Source: Gammaproteobacteria bacterium (lineage in GTDB: Bacteria; Pseudomonadota; Gammaproteobacteria; Xanthomonadales; Marinicellaceae). Taken from it: a stretch of DNA of 64,000 bases. The notes under the pieces are model-generated. The model saw only the letters and a program-made list of their open reading frames with translations, was not told where the DNA came from and made no database searches. Shown in pieces: positions 19,797-28,721 of this stretch. The stretch is taken from positions 2,091 to 66,090 of the forward strand of contig JAJRQG010000150.1 of the NCBI GenBank assembly GCA_024280395.1, written 5' to 3'. The stretch's first letter is position 1. Every line of letters begins with the position of its first letter. Made by a program: the position numbers and the translations under genes.

Positions 19797-19928
19797 GTAA
19801 CTACTCGCCCTGTCATTCCCGCGAAGGCGGGAATCCATTTTGTAATTTATATCATTTCAAATGATATTTATAATACTTTAGAATAGATTACCGCCTGCGC
19901 GGTAATGACGACTGGTGTGAGCAGTTAC
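19797..19928. mobile_element. 132-bp REP/MITE-like palindromic element in the nrdA-nrdB spacer
   Basis: The ends gtaactactc... and ...gagcagttac are inverted. Each arm carries its own hairpin (attcccgcgaaggcgggaat at 19815-19834; attaccgcctgcgcggtaat at 19887-19906). There is a central atatcattt/aaatgatat palindrome. Confidence 0.6.
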
Positions 19929-20063
19929 AATTTGTTTTCTAAAGCTTCTTTTAATTGATATTTAGATTGCCTAAGAAATGAAGTCAATTTGCCACACTTA
20001 AATATGAGTTTACAAAAATCTATTTAACTCGGTAAAATAATTCGTACCTATTAACTTAACACT

Positions 20064-20190
20064 ATAATTATCGGTTAGATTGCTTGAGAGGTTTTTCAGT
20101 TCAAGGCGAAAAATATGAGTTTGCAAGTGCAAATGATTATTTTTTAACGCAGAAATGGTAAACCTATCAAGTAATATCACCGATAATTAT
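20064..20190. repeat. 31-nt inverted repeats (27/31 complementary) forming a long stem-loop immediately after nrdA
   Basis: Left arm 20064-20094 is ataattatcggttagattgcttgagaggttt. Right arm 20160-20190 is aaacctatcaagtaatatcaccgataattat. The right arm overlaps the nrdA stop codon (20187-20189). Confidence 0.6.
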
Positions 20191-23066
20191 TGGCAAGCAT
20201 CGCAATCGGGGTCTAGAATCGAGCATGCTGCAGGTGCAGCAGAACTTGATTTATTGGTTTTTTCACCTTCCCCCTCAACATCTACGCCTTTTTCAGCTTG
20301 AGTTGCGCCAAGAGAACGCAGATAATAAGTTGTTTTCAATCCTTTTACCCATGCCAATTTATAAATGGCATCCAATTTTTTTCCCGACGGCTCTTCCATA
20401 TACAGATTCAAGGATTGTCCTTGATCTATCCATTTTTGTCTGCGAGATGCTGATTCAATTAACCAACCTGCATCAACTTCAAAAGCTGTTGCATATTTGG
20501 CTTTTAAATGTTCAGGAACCCTGTCAATCTTTTGTACACTGCCATCAAAATATTTCAGGTCATTAATCATGACATCGTCCCATATGTCTAATTTCTTAAA
20601 ATCTTCAACCAGGTATTTATTAACAATGGTAAACTCACCAGAAAGATTGGATTTTACAAATAAGTTTTGATAAATAGGTTCAATGGATTGAGACACCCCT
20701 GTAATATTTGAGATAGTTGCTGTTGGTGCAATTGCCATGGTATTTGAATTACGCATGCCTTGAGACTGTATCTTCTTGCGCAATTTATTCCAATCCAAAG
20801 TAGAAGACTTGTCTACATTGATAAAATCTCCTCGCTCTTGCTCTAACATCTCTATTGAATCAATGGGCAATATTCCTTGAGACCATAAAGATCCTTCATA
20901 ACTCGGATAAGATCCTCGATCATTGGCTAAATCCGATGATGCTTGAATCGCAAAATAAGATACAGCTTCCATTGATTCATCAGCAAACTGCACAGCAGCT
21001 TGTGAAGTATAAGCCATGTCTTGAATATACAACGAATCTTGAAAACCCATTAAGCCGATGCCTACTGGGCGATGTCTTAGATTTGAACGGCGCGCTTGTG
21101 GCACGCTATAGAAATTATAATCAATGACATTGTCCAACATGCGCATGGCTGTTGTGACAGTTTTTTCTAATTTAACCATATCCAAACCATTTTCAGTGGT
21201 GTGTTGAGGTAAATTAACAGAGCCCAGATTACACACGGCAATTTCTTCGTCCGAAGTATTCAAAGTAATTTCTGTACACAAATTGGAACTGTGAATCACG
21301 CCAACATGTTGCTGTGGTGAACGAATATTGCACGGGTCTTTGAATGTAATCCAAGGGTGACCAGTTTCAAACAACATGCCCAACATTTTGCGCCAGATAT
21401 CTTTTGCATTAACTTTTTTGGTATTAACCAGTTCACCAGCATTGGCCAGTTTTTCATAATGCTCATATTTTTCACGAAAGGCTTTGCCATACAAATCATG
21501 CAATTCAGGTGTTTCCTCAGGAGAAAACAGTGTCCATTTCCCTTCTTTGGCTACACGTTCCATAAACAAATCAGGAATCCAGTTTGCAGTATTCATGTCA
21601 TGGGTACGGCGGCGTTCGTCACCGGTATTTTTACGCAGGTCTAAAAACTCTTCTATATCAATGTGCCAAGTTTCAAGATAAGCACACATCGCTCCTTTGC
21701 GTTTTCCACCTTGATTCACTGCCACTGCTGTATCATTGGCCACTTTCAAAAAAGGCACCACACCTTGTGATTCTCCATTGGTGCCTTTAATGCGAGAACC
21801 CAATCCACGCACACGTGTCCAATCATTGCCCAAACCACCTGCATATTTTGAGAGCATTGCATCGTCTTTTATGGCATCAAAGATTCCTGCCAAATCATCG
21901 GGTACTGTGGTTAAATAACAACTAGACAACTGAGGACGCAATGTTCCTGAGTTAAACAATGTCGGTGTTGAACTCATAAAATCAAATGAACTCAATAGGT
22001 TATAAAACTCTATGGCTCTTTCTTCTCGATTGACTTCGTTTATAGCTAAGCCCATGGATACACGCATATAAAAGTTTTGTGGTAATTCAATTTTGCTGTC
22101 GCCCGAATGAATAAAATACCTGTCATACAATGTTTGGAAACCCAAATAAGTGAAATTTTGATCGCGTTCAGGCTTAATCGCTGCGCCCAACATGTCCAAA
22201 TCATAATTAGCTAACTCTGGAGTCAACAATTCTAAATCAATGGCTTTGTGAATGTATTTTTTAAAACTTTTCGGGTACAGATCAACCATCTGTGATTGTG
22301 TAGCTGTTGTCGGTTTGTCAAATAAGAAACTCAACACTTCTGTTCGCAAACCATCCAATAACAACCTAGCCGCGGCTTTTGAATAATTTGGGTCTTTTTC
22401 AATATACTGTCTGGCGCACATAACAATAGCTGAGCTAAAGTCTTTTTCAGCAATGCCATCAAAAACATTTCTATAGGCTTGTTTTAAAATCAAATCTTTG
22501 TCAACACCAGACAATCCATCTACCGACTCAGATATGATTAAATTTAATCGCTCACTGTCCAATAAGTTTTTGCTGCCATCCTTGGCTGTGACATGAATTT
22601 TCGGCCCTTTGTCTTTGTTCTTTCTTCGGGCTTTATTGCGTGCTTCATTTTTGGCTCTTTTTTCGCTTTGTTTGGCACGATAAATAACATAATCTCTGGC
22701 TACTTTGTGTTCTCCCGAACGCATCAATGCCAATTCCACTTGGTCTTGAATGTCTTCTATGTGAATGGTGCCGCCATCATTCAAATGTCTAAACAAACCC
22801 AATTGTACTTCTTCAGTCAATAGTTCAACTTTTTCACGTATACGCCTTGATGCTGCTGCTTGGCCTCCTTCAACGGCCAAAAACGCCTTGGTCATTGCCA
22901 CTGAAATCTTGGATACATCAAAGCCAGTAATCTTGCCATTTCTGCGAATAACTCGATACTCACCAGGAGCAGTAGTTTTCACATTTTTTGTTTCATTTGA
23001 ATCTATCAATACTTGTTGATCTTTTTGATCTTTTTGATCAGAACCGTGCGTTTCGGTTTGTTGCAT
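20187..23066 (-). CDS. nrdA: ribonucleoside-diphosphate reductase alpha subunit (class Ia)
   Basis: 959 aa. ATP-cone (YRVIRRNGKITGFDVSKI), catalytic NLCTEI, C-terminal Cys pair (..CSILDPDCDACQ). Confidence 0.95.
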   Translation of the reverse strand: MQQTETHGSDQKDQKDQQVLIDSNETKNVKTTAPGEYRVIRRNGKITGFDVSKISVAMTKAFLAVEGGQAAASRRIREKVELLTEEVQLGLFRHLNDGGTIHIEDIQDQVELALMRSGEHKVARDYVIYRAKQSEKRAKNEARNKARRKNKDKGPKIHVTAKDGSKNLLDSERLNLIISESVDGLSGVDKDLILKQAYRNVFDGIAEKDFSSAIVMCARQYIEKDPNYSKAAARLLLDGLRTEVLSFLFDKPTTATQSQMVDLYPKSFKKYIHKAIDLELLTPELANYDLDMLGAAIKPERDQNFTYLGFQTLYDRYFIHSGDSKIELPQNFYMRVSMGLAINEVNREERAIEFYNLLSSFDFMSSTPTLFNSGTLRPQLSSCYLTTVPDDLAGIFDAIKDDAMLSKYAGGLGNDWTRVRGLGSRIKGTNGESQGVVPFLKVANDTAVAVNQGGKRKGAMCAYLETWHIDIEEFLDLRKNTGDERRRTHDMNTANWIPDLFMERVAKEGKWTLFSPEETPELHDLYGKAFREKYEHYEKLANAGELVNTKKVNAKDIWRKMLGMLFETGHPWITFKDPCNIRSPQQHVGVIHSSNLCTEITLNTSDEEIAVCNLGSVNLPQHTTENGLDMVKLEKTVTTAMRMLDNVIDYNFYSVPQARRSNLRHRPVGIGLMGFQDSLYIQDMAYTSQAAVQFADESMEAVSYFAIQASSDLANDRGSYPSYEGSLWSQGILPIDSIEMLEQERGDFINVDKSSTLDWNKLRKKIQSQGMRNSNTMAIAPTATISNITGVSQSIEPIYQNLFVKSNLSGEFTIVNKYLVEDFKKLDIWDDVMINDLKYFDGSVQKIDRVPEHLKAKYATAFEVDAGWLIESASRRQKWIDQGQSLNLYMEEPSGKKLDAIYKLAWVKGLKTTYYLRSLGATQAEKGVDVEGEGEKTNKSSSAAPAACSILDPDCDACQ

Positions 23067-23075
23067 GTCTACTCC

Positions 23076-23091
23076 AGACTATATATAGTTA
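23076..23091 (-). promoter_or_regulatory. candidate NrdR box
   Basis: agaCTATATATAGtta has a palindromic core matching the remembered NrdR-box consensus acaCwAtATaTwGtgt. It lies 10-25 nt upstream of the nrdA ATG. No convincing second box was found. Confidence 0.35.
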
Positions 23092-23395
23092 CGTTTTAAC
23101 TCAAATTTATGGTGATTTTATCAATTTTTGCAAAGCCATTTTCGGGGCAGGATTGTATCAACTGGGAAAAACCGTTGATAACTTTATTGTTGTATTTTTT
23201 TAAACGACAGTTTGCGAAATCTGCGTCTATCTTATAGGATAATACCTATTTAAATCAAGCGGATTTTGTGATTATTTAAATTAAATTTTTATCCCTATAA
23301 AAAGGTTTTTTTTGTTAAAAAATGTAAACAAATTAATTCAAATTACTATCAATAACTTAGCTTGTTTATCTCATGTGTTTTAATCAAGATTCACT

Positions 23396-24739
23396 CTAAA
23401 TTACACTTTGTAATTTGGTTTTTTGGTTGAACCGAATAAAGTTCAAAACAGCAGCCACAGACAAACCAAAAATCAGCCCTATCCACAACCCAACTGCACC
23501 TAAGTTTTTCTCAAAGCAAAACCACCACGATGCCCCAAAACCAAACCCCCAAAATGCTATGGTTGTCCCATACATAAGAAACTTTGTATCTTTAATGCCC
23601 CGCAACGCGCCTGCAGCCGCTACTTGAACACCATCCGATAATTGAAATATAGCCGCAAAGAACAACAGCTGAATAGCAATTTCCTGAACTTTAATATCTG
23701 TTGTATATAACCTAACCACCATTTCTGGAAATGCGAACATAAAACCAGCCAACAATATTTGCACCAAGAATATCAAACCAATGCCAATCATTCCTGCTCT
23801 ACGCGTATCAATAGCTGACTTTCTACCCAATGCATTGCCTACCCGTATAGTGATAGCCATTGACATACCCAATGGAACCATAAAAAGTACCGAAGCAAAA
23901 TTGAGTGATATTTGATGGGCCGCAATAACCTCTGGCGAAAGCCTGGAGGCTAGCATAGTAACAACGGAGAAAAATCCACCCTCGGCAAACAAGGCCATAC
24001 CTATGGGTAAACCAATCGACAAGACTTGAACGATTGTTGCTTTGTCTATTTTTTCAATGTGCGAAAAAATCTGCAACGGCTTAAACCATCTGTGTTTAGC
24101 CAAAACCAATCCGAAAATTAGCGCTTGAATGAAAATCACAATGGCTGATGCATAACCACAACCGGCAACACCCAAGGCAGGAAACCCAAAATGGCCAAAC
24201 ATCATGATGTAATTCAGAGGAATATTTAATGCTAGCCCTAAGAAACTAATATACATGGTCATACGCGTATGTGATAAACCATCGGCCACATAACGGAAAA
24301 CCAAAAACATGGGAAAACTCAATATACCCCAGGAAATAGCCTGTAAATAGCCGATTGCATAAGGAATGACTTCAGGCCTGGTCCCAAAAAACGTAAATAG
24401 CGGCGTTAAATTTCTGATCAGTATAAAAAATATAAGCCCTATAATTAAGGCCAACCACATCAACTGTCTAACCAACGGGCCTATTTTTTTACGCTCATCG
24501 GCTCCATCTAGTTCTGAAATCATCGGTGGTGTTGCCATCAAAATACCCAGTACAAACATCACACCAATGGCCCATATTGCCCCGCCAATTGAAACCGCTG
24601 CCAATGGCACAGTACCCAATCGTCCTGACATAATGGTATCAACCACACCTATCATCATTACTGTTAATTGAGATATAACCAGCGGAATTGATAACTTTAT
24701 GGTTTGTTGGATGTGATATTTTTTACTTTGCTCTGACAT
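23396..24739 (-). CDS. MATE family multidrug efflux transporter (NorM-like)
   Basis: 12-TM profile and an N-terminal ..IKLSIPLVISQLTVMMIGVVDTIMSGRLG motif typical of MATE. ATG at 24739. Confidence 0.9.
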   Translation of the reverse strand: MSEQSKKYHIQQTIKLSIPLVISQLTVMMIGVVDTIMSGRLGTVPLAAVSIGGAIWAIGVMFVLGILMATPPMISELDGADERKKIGPLVRQLMWLALIIGLIFFILIRNLTPLFTFFGTRPEVIPYAIGYLQAISWGILSFPMFLVFRYVADGLSHTRMTMYISFLGLALNIPLNYIMMFGHFGFPALGVAGCGYASAIVIFIQALIFGLVLAKHRWFKPLQIFSHIEKIDKATIVQVLSIGLPIGMALFAEGGFFSVVTMLASRLSPEVIAAHQISLNFASVLFMVPLGMSMAITIRVGNALGRKSAIDTRRAGMIGIGLIFLVQILLAGFMFAFPEMVVRLYTTDIKVQEIAIQLLFFAAIFQLSDGVQVAAAGALRGIKDTKFLMYGTTIAFWGFGFGASWWFCFEKNLGAVGLWIGLIFGLSVAAVLNFIRFNQKTKLQSVI

Positions 24740-24788
24740 CAATGTATCATCTATAAATCAACCACCAATGTAAAACAAATAATCGCTA

Positions 24789-25784
24789 ATGAATAACAAT
24801 AATTCACAAACCGCTTTAGTAACAGGTGCAACTGGTTTTTTAGGTCAACACCTGTGTCAACAATTAGTCAAACAAGGATGGCAAGTTTATGCCCTGTGTC
24901 GCAGTCACCAAAAAGCCCAAGAGTTAGATGACAACATTAATGTTGTTTTGGGCGATATATTAGATACTGAATCCTTTAAAAAACAGCTGCCGAATAACAT
25001 TGACGCCCTATTTCACACAGCTGCCAGCACCAATACGTGGTTCAAGAACAACTCAATGCAAACCAAAACCAATTTACAAGGCACACAAAATATGCTTAAT
25101 TTGGTTAAAGAATTAAACATTAAACGATACATTCACATCTCTTCTGTGGTGGTTTTTGGTATTCACAGCATCCTGAAAAACATCACAGAAGACATGCCCA
25201 AAGATGGGAAAGACAGCTGGATAAACTATGTGAAAACAAAAACCGCTTCTGAAAAACTGGTATTAGATTCAAAAGAATTGGATTGTGTCATTGTTAACCC
25301 TACCCACATTATCGGCCCAGGCGACAAACACAATTGGGCTCGGTTGATTAAAATGATTGCCGAAAATAAATTACCCAGTATCCCCAATGGTACCGGTTCC
25401 TTTGTAGATGTCAGAGATGTGGCGGCTGGAATTATTGCAGCTTATCATCAGGGTAAAAAAGGTGAAAACTACTTACTGGGCGGAATCGATATGGACTTTA
25501 AGCAATTTGTTCACAAAGTAGCCAATAAATTAAATGTTAAACCACCCAAAGTACAACTTCCTAATTTCTTCTTAAAGGCACTGGCAAAAACAAAGAACTT
25601 AATTTCGAGGATAACCAACAAAGAACCCGATATTACACCCGAGTCAGTGACACTAATTTCAGACCTTTATGGTTGTGATTCTGCCAAAGCCAAGGCTGAA
25701 TTGAACTATCAGAACCGTGATTTTGATGAAACTTTGGATGAAACCATTCAGTTTTTAAAGATTGAAAATATCATTACCCTATAA
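24789..25784 (+). CDS. NAD-dependent epimerase/dehydratase (extended SDR) family protein
   Basis: ALVTGATGFLGQHL Rossmann motif; YxxxK-type region (YVKTKTASEK). Confidence 0.85.
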   Translation: MNNNNSQTALVTGATGFLGQHLCQQLVKQGWQVYALCRSHQKAQELDDNINVVLGDILDTESFKKQLPNNIDALFHTAASTNTWFKNNSMQTKTNLQGTQNMLNLVKELNIKRYIHISSVVVFGIHSILKNITEDMPKDGKDSWINYVKTKTASEKLVLDSKELDCVIVNPTHIIGPGDKHNWARLIKMIAENKLPSIPNGTGSFVDVRDVAAGIIAAYHQGKKGENYLLGGIDMDFKQFVHKVANKLNVKPPKVQLPNFFLKALAKTKNLISRITNKEPDITPESVTLISDLYGCDSAKAKAELNYQNRDFDETLDETIQFLKIENIITL

Positions 25785-25829
25785 CCCATTGAATCAAATC
25801 TTGAACAATCTAGTGCCTAACTGATGCCA

Positions 25830-26465
25830 TTAGAAAGACAAGTCCAAGTCTTTAAATTCAACACCGCCAATGGCAATCACGGCAAAGATACAATCAGAAT
25901 CTTGACCTGAGACCAATGTATGAGAAGAGCCTTTTGAACTAACCGCAACTTCTCCTACCTGATAGGTGTTGCCATCACTGGTGGTCACCTCACCTTGGAT
26001 AATCAACATATATTCTTTGCCCATGTGTTCATGCTCTGTGATTTTTGTGCCTGGTTTTAAATAGATTAAGCCACAATGTGCATCAGCCATATCTCCACCT
26101 GCTTGGAAGTGGTTCAAATAGGCTCCTTCAATTTTTGCTTTTTCCCAAACGGGCAGAGTAAGGTCTTTGGTTGTTTCTAATATTTCTTCAATTGTTTGAA
26201 TAGGCAATTTAAAAAACTTGGCAATACGCTGGGTTAAACCGACAAACTTTTTAGTACCTGATTGTTCGATGTGTGCAAAAATTGATTGTTTCAATTGCTT
26301 TGAGGGCTCCAATTCTGGAGCAGCTTGCGCTATATTTTCAAGTTGACTTGAAATGGTTGCCAATTTAACATCAATGTCATGGGTCATTAGCATTTCTTGT
26401 AATTCCGTGTCATCATCCGGACATATATTTCCCATCAAGTATTCAACTAATTTACTTTCATTCAT
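25830..26465 (-). CDS. ChrR-like soluble anti-sigma factor with C-terminal cupin
   Basis: Start overlaps the stop of the ECF sigma gene by 1 nt. No TM. Cupin motif GTKITEHEHMGKEYMLIIQGEV. The N-terminal anti-sigma helix region lacks the usual H-x3-C-x2-C zinc site. Confidence 0.65.
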   Translation of the reverse strand: MNESKLVEYLMGNICPDDDTELQEMLMTHDIDVKLATISSQLENIAQAAPELEPSKQLKQSIFAHIEQSGTKKFVGLTQRIAKFFKLPIQTIEEILETTKDLTLPVWEKAKIEGAYLNHFQAGGDMADAHCGLIYLKPGTKITEHEHMGKEYMLIIQGEVTTSDGNTYQVGEVAVSSKGSSHTLVSGQDSDCIFAVIAIGGVEFKDLDLSF

Positions 26466-27031
26466 TATAAGCCTCTCTTGATGTGTGAAGACGATGATTG
26501 CATTTTTTTCATGGCTGTTAATAACCGTGTTTTTACAGTGCCCAAAGCAATACCATAATCTTGAGCAATTTCAGCGCAGGTAAAACCCTTAAAGTAAGAT
26601 AACTCAATCACCAATCGTTGATTTTCTGACAATGTATTCAATGCTTTATTTAAAAATTTATGGTCTGTATACGCATCAATACAATTTACGGATTGAATTT
26701 TTTCTTCATTGTTTTGTTTTTCTGCATATTTTCTTATGGTTTGTTGTTTTCGAATTCTGTCTAAACAACGGCTTCTTACCCTTAACAACAACCAACCCAA
26801 CACGGAAGCCTTATTAGAATCATAGGCCTTGGCTTTATTCCAAACTTCAATTATCACATCATGAATAATGTCTTCTGCATCTGACTTTGACTTAAGAATT
26901 TGCGTAGCCAAACCCAACATTTTTCCCACATTGCGCTCATACAATTGTTCTAAAGCGCCTTTGTCCTTGGCACATATTTTGACAATCAACTCATTGTCAT
27001 CTTCTTCAAAATTATTGTATTTTAAGGGCAT
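26465..27031 (-). CDS. RNA polymerase ECF-type sigma-70 factor
   Basis: Region 2 (..AEDIIHDVIIEVWNKA..) and region 4 HTH (..FTCAEIAQDYGIALGTVKTRL..), 188 aa. Confidence 0.9.
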   Translation of the reverse strand: MPLKYNNFEEDDNELIVKICAKDKGALEQLYERNVGKMLGLATQILKSKSDAEDIIHDVIIEVWNKAKAYDSNKASVLGWLLLRVRSRCLDRIRKQQTIRKYAEKQNNEEKIQSVNCIDAYTDHKFLNKALNTLSENQRLVIELSYFKGFTCAEIAQDYGIALGTVKTRLLTAMKKMQSSSSHIKRGL

Positions 27032-27226
27032 ATTGCAATTTTTTGTGCGATTCTATGGTTCAATTATTAACTACGGTTAATTAAAGCACAAGCTAATCAT
27101 TAATTAATCACCATTGATTCACAAAATCTCTGTGCGCATAAATCTTTCGAAAAAAAATTGAAAAAATTTAAAGCCAAACTTTTGTTTCATGCGTATTGAT
27201 GGTACTTAACAACAAAAGGCAACAAC

Positions 27227-28651
27227 ATGAAATTAAACAAACTACTCATAACTGGCTTACTAAGCTTCTCAATAAACACAGGCTTTGCAGCCGATCACAA
27301 CGAAGCACCACAAGTAAGAATTGATCCAGCTGCAGATATCAATGACCTATACACATTCATCAACCCAAATGATTCAGATGAATTGATATTGGCCGCTACC
27401 TATGTTCCATTTGCAGGCTCAGGGTCGAAATTTTCTGATGCGGTAGAGTACAATTTTAACATCAGTAATGATGCAAACAATTACAAAGTGCTTACTTGTA
27501 CTTTTGATGTGGATGACATGGTCAGTTGTGCTTTCGATGGTGGAACACCAGTTACAGGGAATATTGGAGATACCATTCAAGGAGATTCCATGAGGGTCTA
27601 TACTGGGCTGCGTGATGATCCATTTTTCTTTGATGCTGTTGCATTTGGTCAAACGGTTGCCACCTTACAACCACAGTTCACCAACCCTGGTTCCAATACT
27701 TTCTTGGGCTTAGACACATTGGCAATCGTCATTGGAATTGATAAATCTGTACTCACCAATAACAATGCTGACCCAACACTCAGTATCTATTCAACGACCA
27801 ATCGTTTAAGTGGCGAATCATTAAATGGCAGCATTACCGGTTCATTTTATAATACGGATCAATCCGGTCATGGCTTTATGGTTGAAATTTTGCCCAACAA
27901 TCGGGTATTTGCAACCTGGTATGTGTTTGACAACCAAGGAAACCCATTGTGGCTCGTTGGAACTGGAACTTATCAGGGATTAACCATTAATCTGCCATTG
28001 CAACGATTAGATGGTGGCATGTTTCCGCCAAATTTTAATGCCGATGATGTGGTTAGAACCGATGTAGGTACATTGAGTTTTGATTTTACGGGTTGTAACA
28101 ATGCCAATGTTGATTTTCAATCCAGCAATGAAGCCGACCTTAATTCAACTTCTTTACAAGTGTCTCGACTGACTTCAATCGAAGGAAATCCCTGTGGAAT
28201 TGTAAAAAATGGTCAGATTGATCGCATGGGCAGGCCAGCAATCAATACCGCATTGATTAACTTGTTGAATGATACGGGATTAAAAGACCAGTACAACAGC
28301 GCACAAGACCCAAGCACATGGGCAGGTTTGTTTCAAGCTGAAATATCGGCAAACTTGGCCGCATTAGATACATTAGATGGTGTAACAGGGAATGCATTAT
28401 TGGATGCCGATACTTTGGCTTCAGTTCTTGTCAATGACGTGTTACTTATCAATACCAGTATTGCCACTTGTGATGCTTATTTGGCAGTTGAGTTGAATGT
28501 TGCAGGCCAATGTGGTGGTAGAACTCTTGCTCGTGATGTGATTGACGATACTCTGGGAGCAGTTGTAGGTCCTGGTGTCATCGATGGTGTGGACAACGAC
28601 AGTGCTTTCTTACAAGAATTTCCTTTCTTGGGATTGCCCAATTCACAATAA
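27227..28651 (+). CDS. secreted DUF4331 family protein with an inserted ~130-aa domain
   Basis: Signal peptide, then ADHNEAPQVRIDPAADINDLYTF (DUF4331-like start) and later IDRMGRPAINTALI. Extra segment at aa ~195-324. Confidence 0.7.
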   Translation: MKLNKLLITGLLSFSINTGFAADHNEAPQVRIDPAADINDLYTFINPNDSDELILAATYVPFAGSGSKFSDAVEYNFNISNDANNYKVLTCTFDVDDMVSCAFDGGTPVTGNIGDTIQGDSMRVYTGLRDDPFFFDAVAFGQTVATLQPQFTNPGSNTFLGLDTLAIVIGIDKSVLTNNNADPTLSIYSTTNRLSGESLNGSITGSFYNTDQSGHGFMVEILPNNRVFATWYVFDNQGNPLWLVGTGTYQGLTINLPLQRLDGGMFPPNFNADDVVRTDVGTLSFDFTGCNNANVDFQSSNEADLNSTSLQVSRLTSIEGNPCGIVKNGQIDRMGRPAINTALINLLNDTGLKDQYNSAQDPSTWAGLFQAEISANLAALDTLDGVTGNALLDADTLASVLVNDVLLINTSIATCDAYLAVELNVAGQCGGRTLARDVIDDTLGAVVGPGVIDGVDNDSAFLQEFPFLGLPNSQ

Positions 28652-28721
28652 TACTTTAACTCAATCTAAATGTGCCTATTTTAAGTGATAGGCGCATTTT
28701 AATAACTTTTTGGAGAATATT

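Noticed and set aside
27032-27226. ECF-type promoter (AAC-N16/17-CGT) in the sigma/DUF4331 divergent spacer
   Set aside because: The best candidate, aaacttttgtttcatgcgta, has only about 12 nt between the elements. Nothing convincing appears on the other strand.
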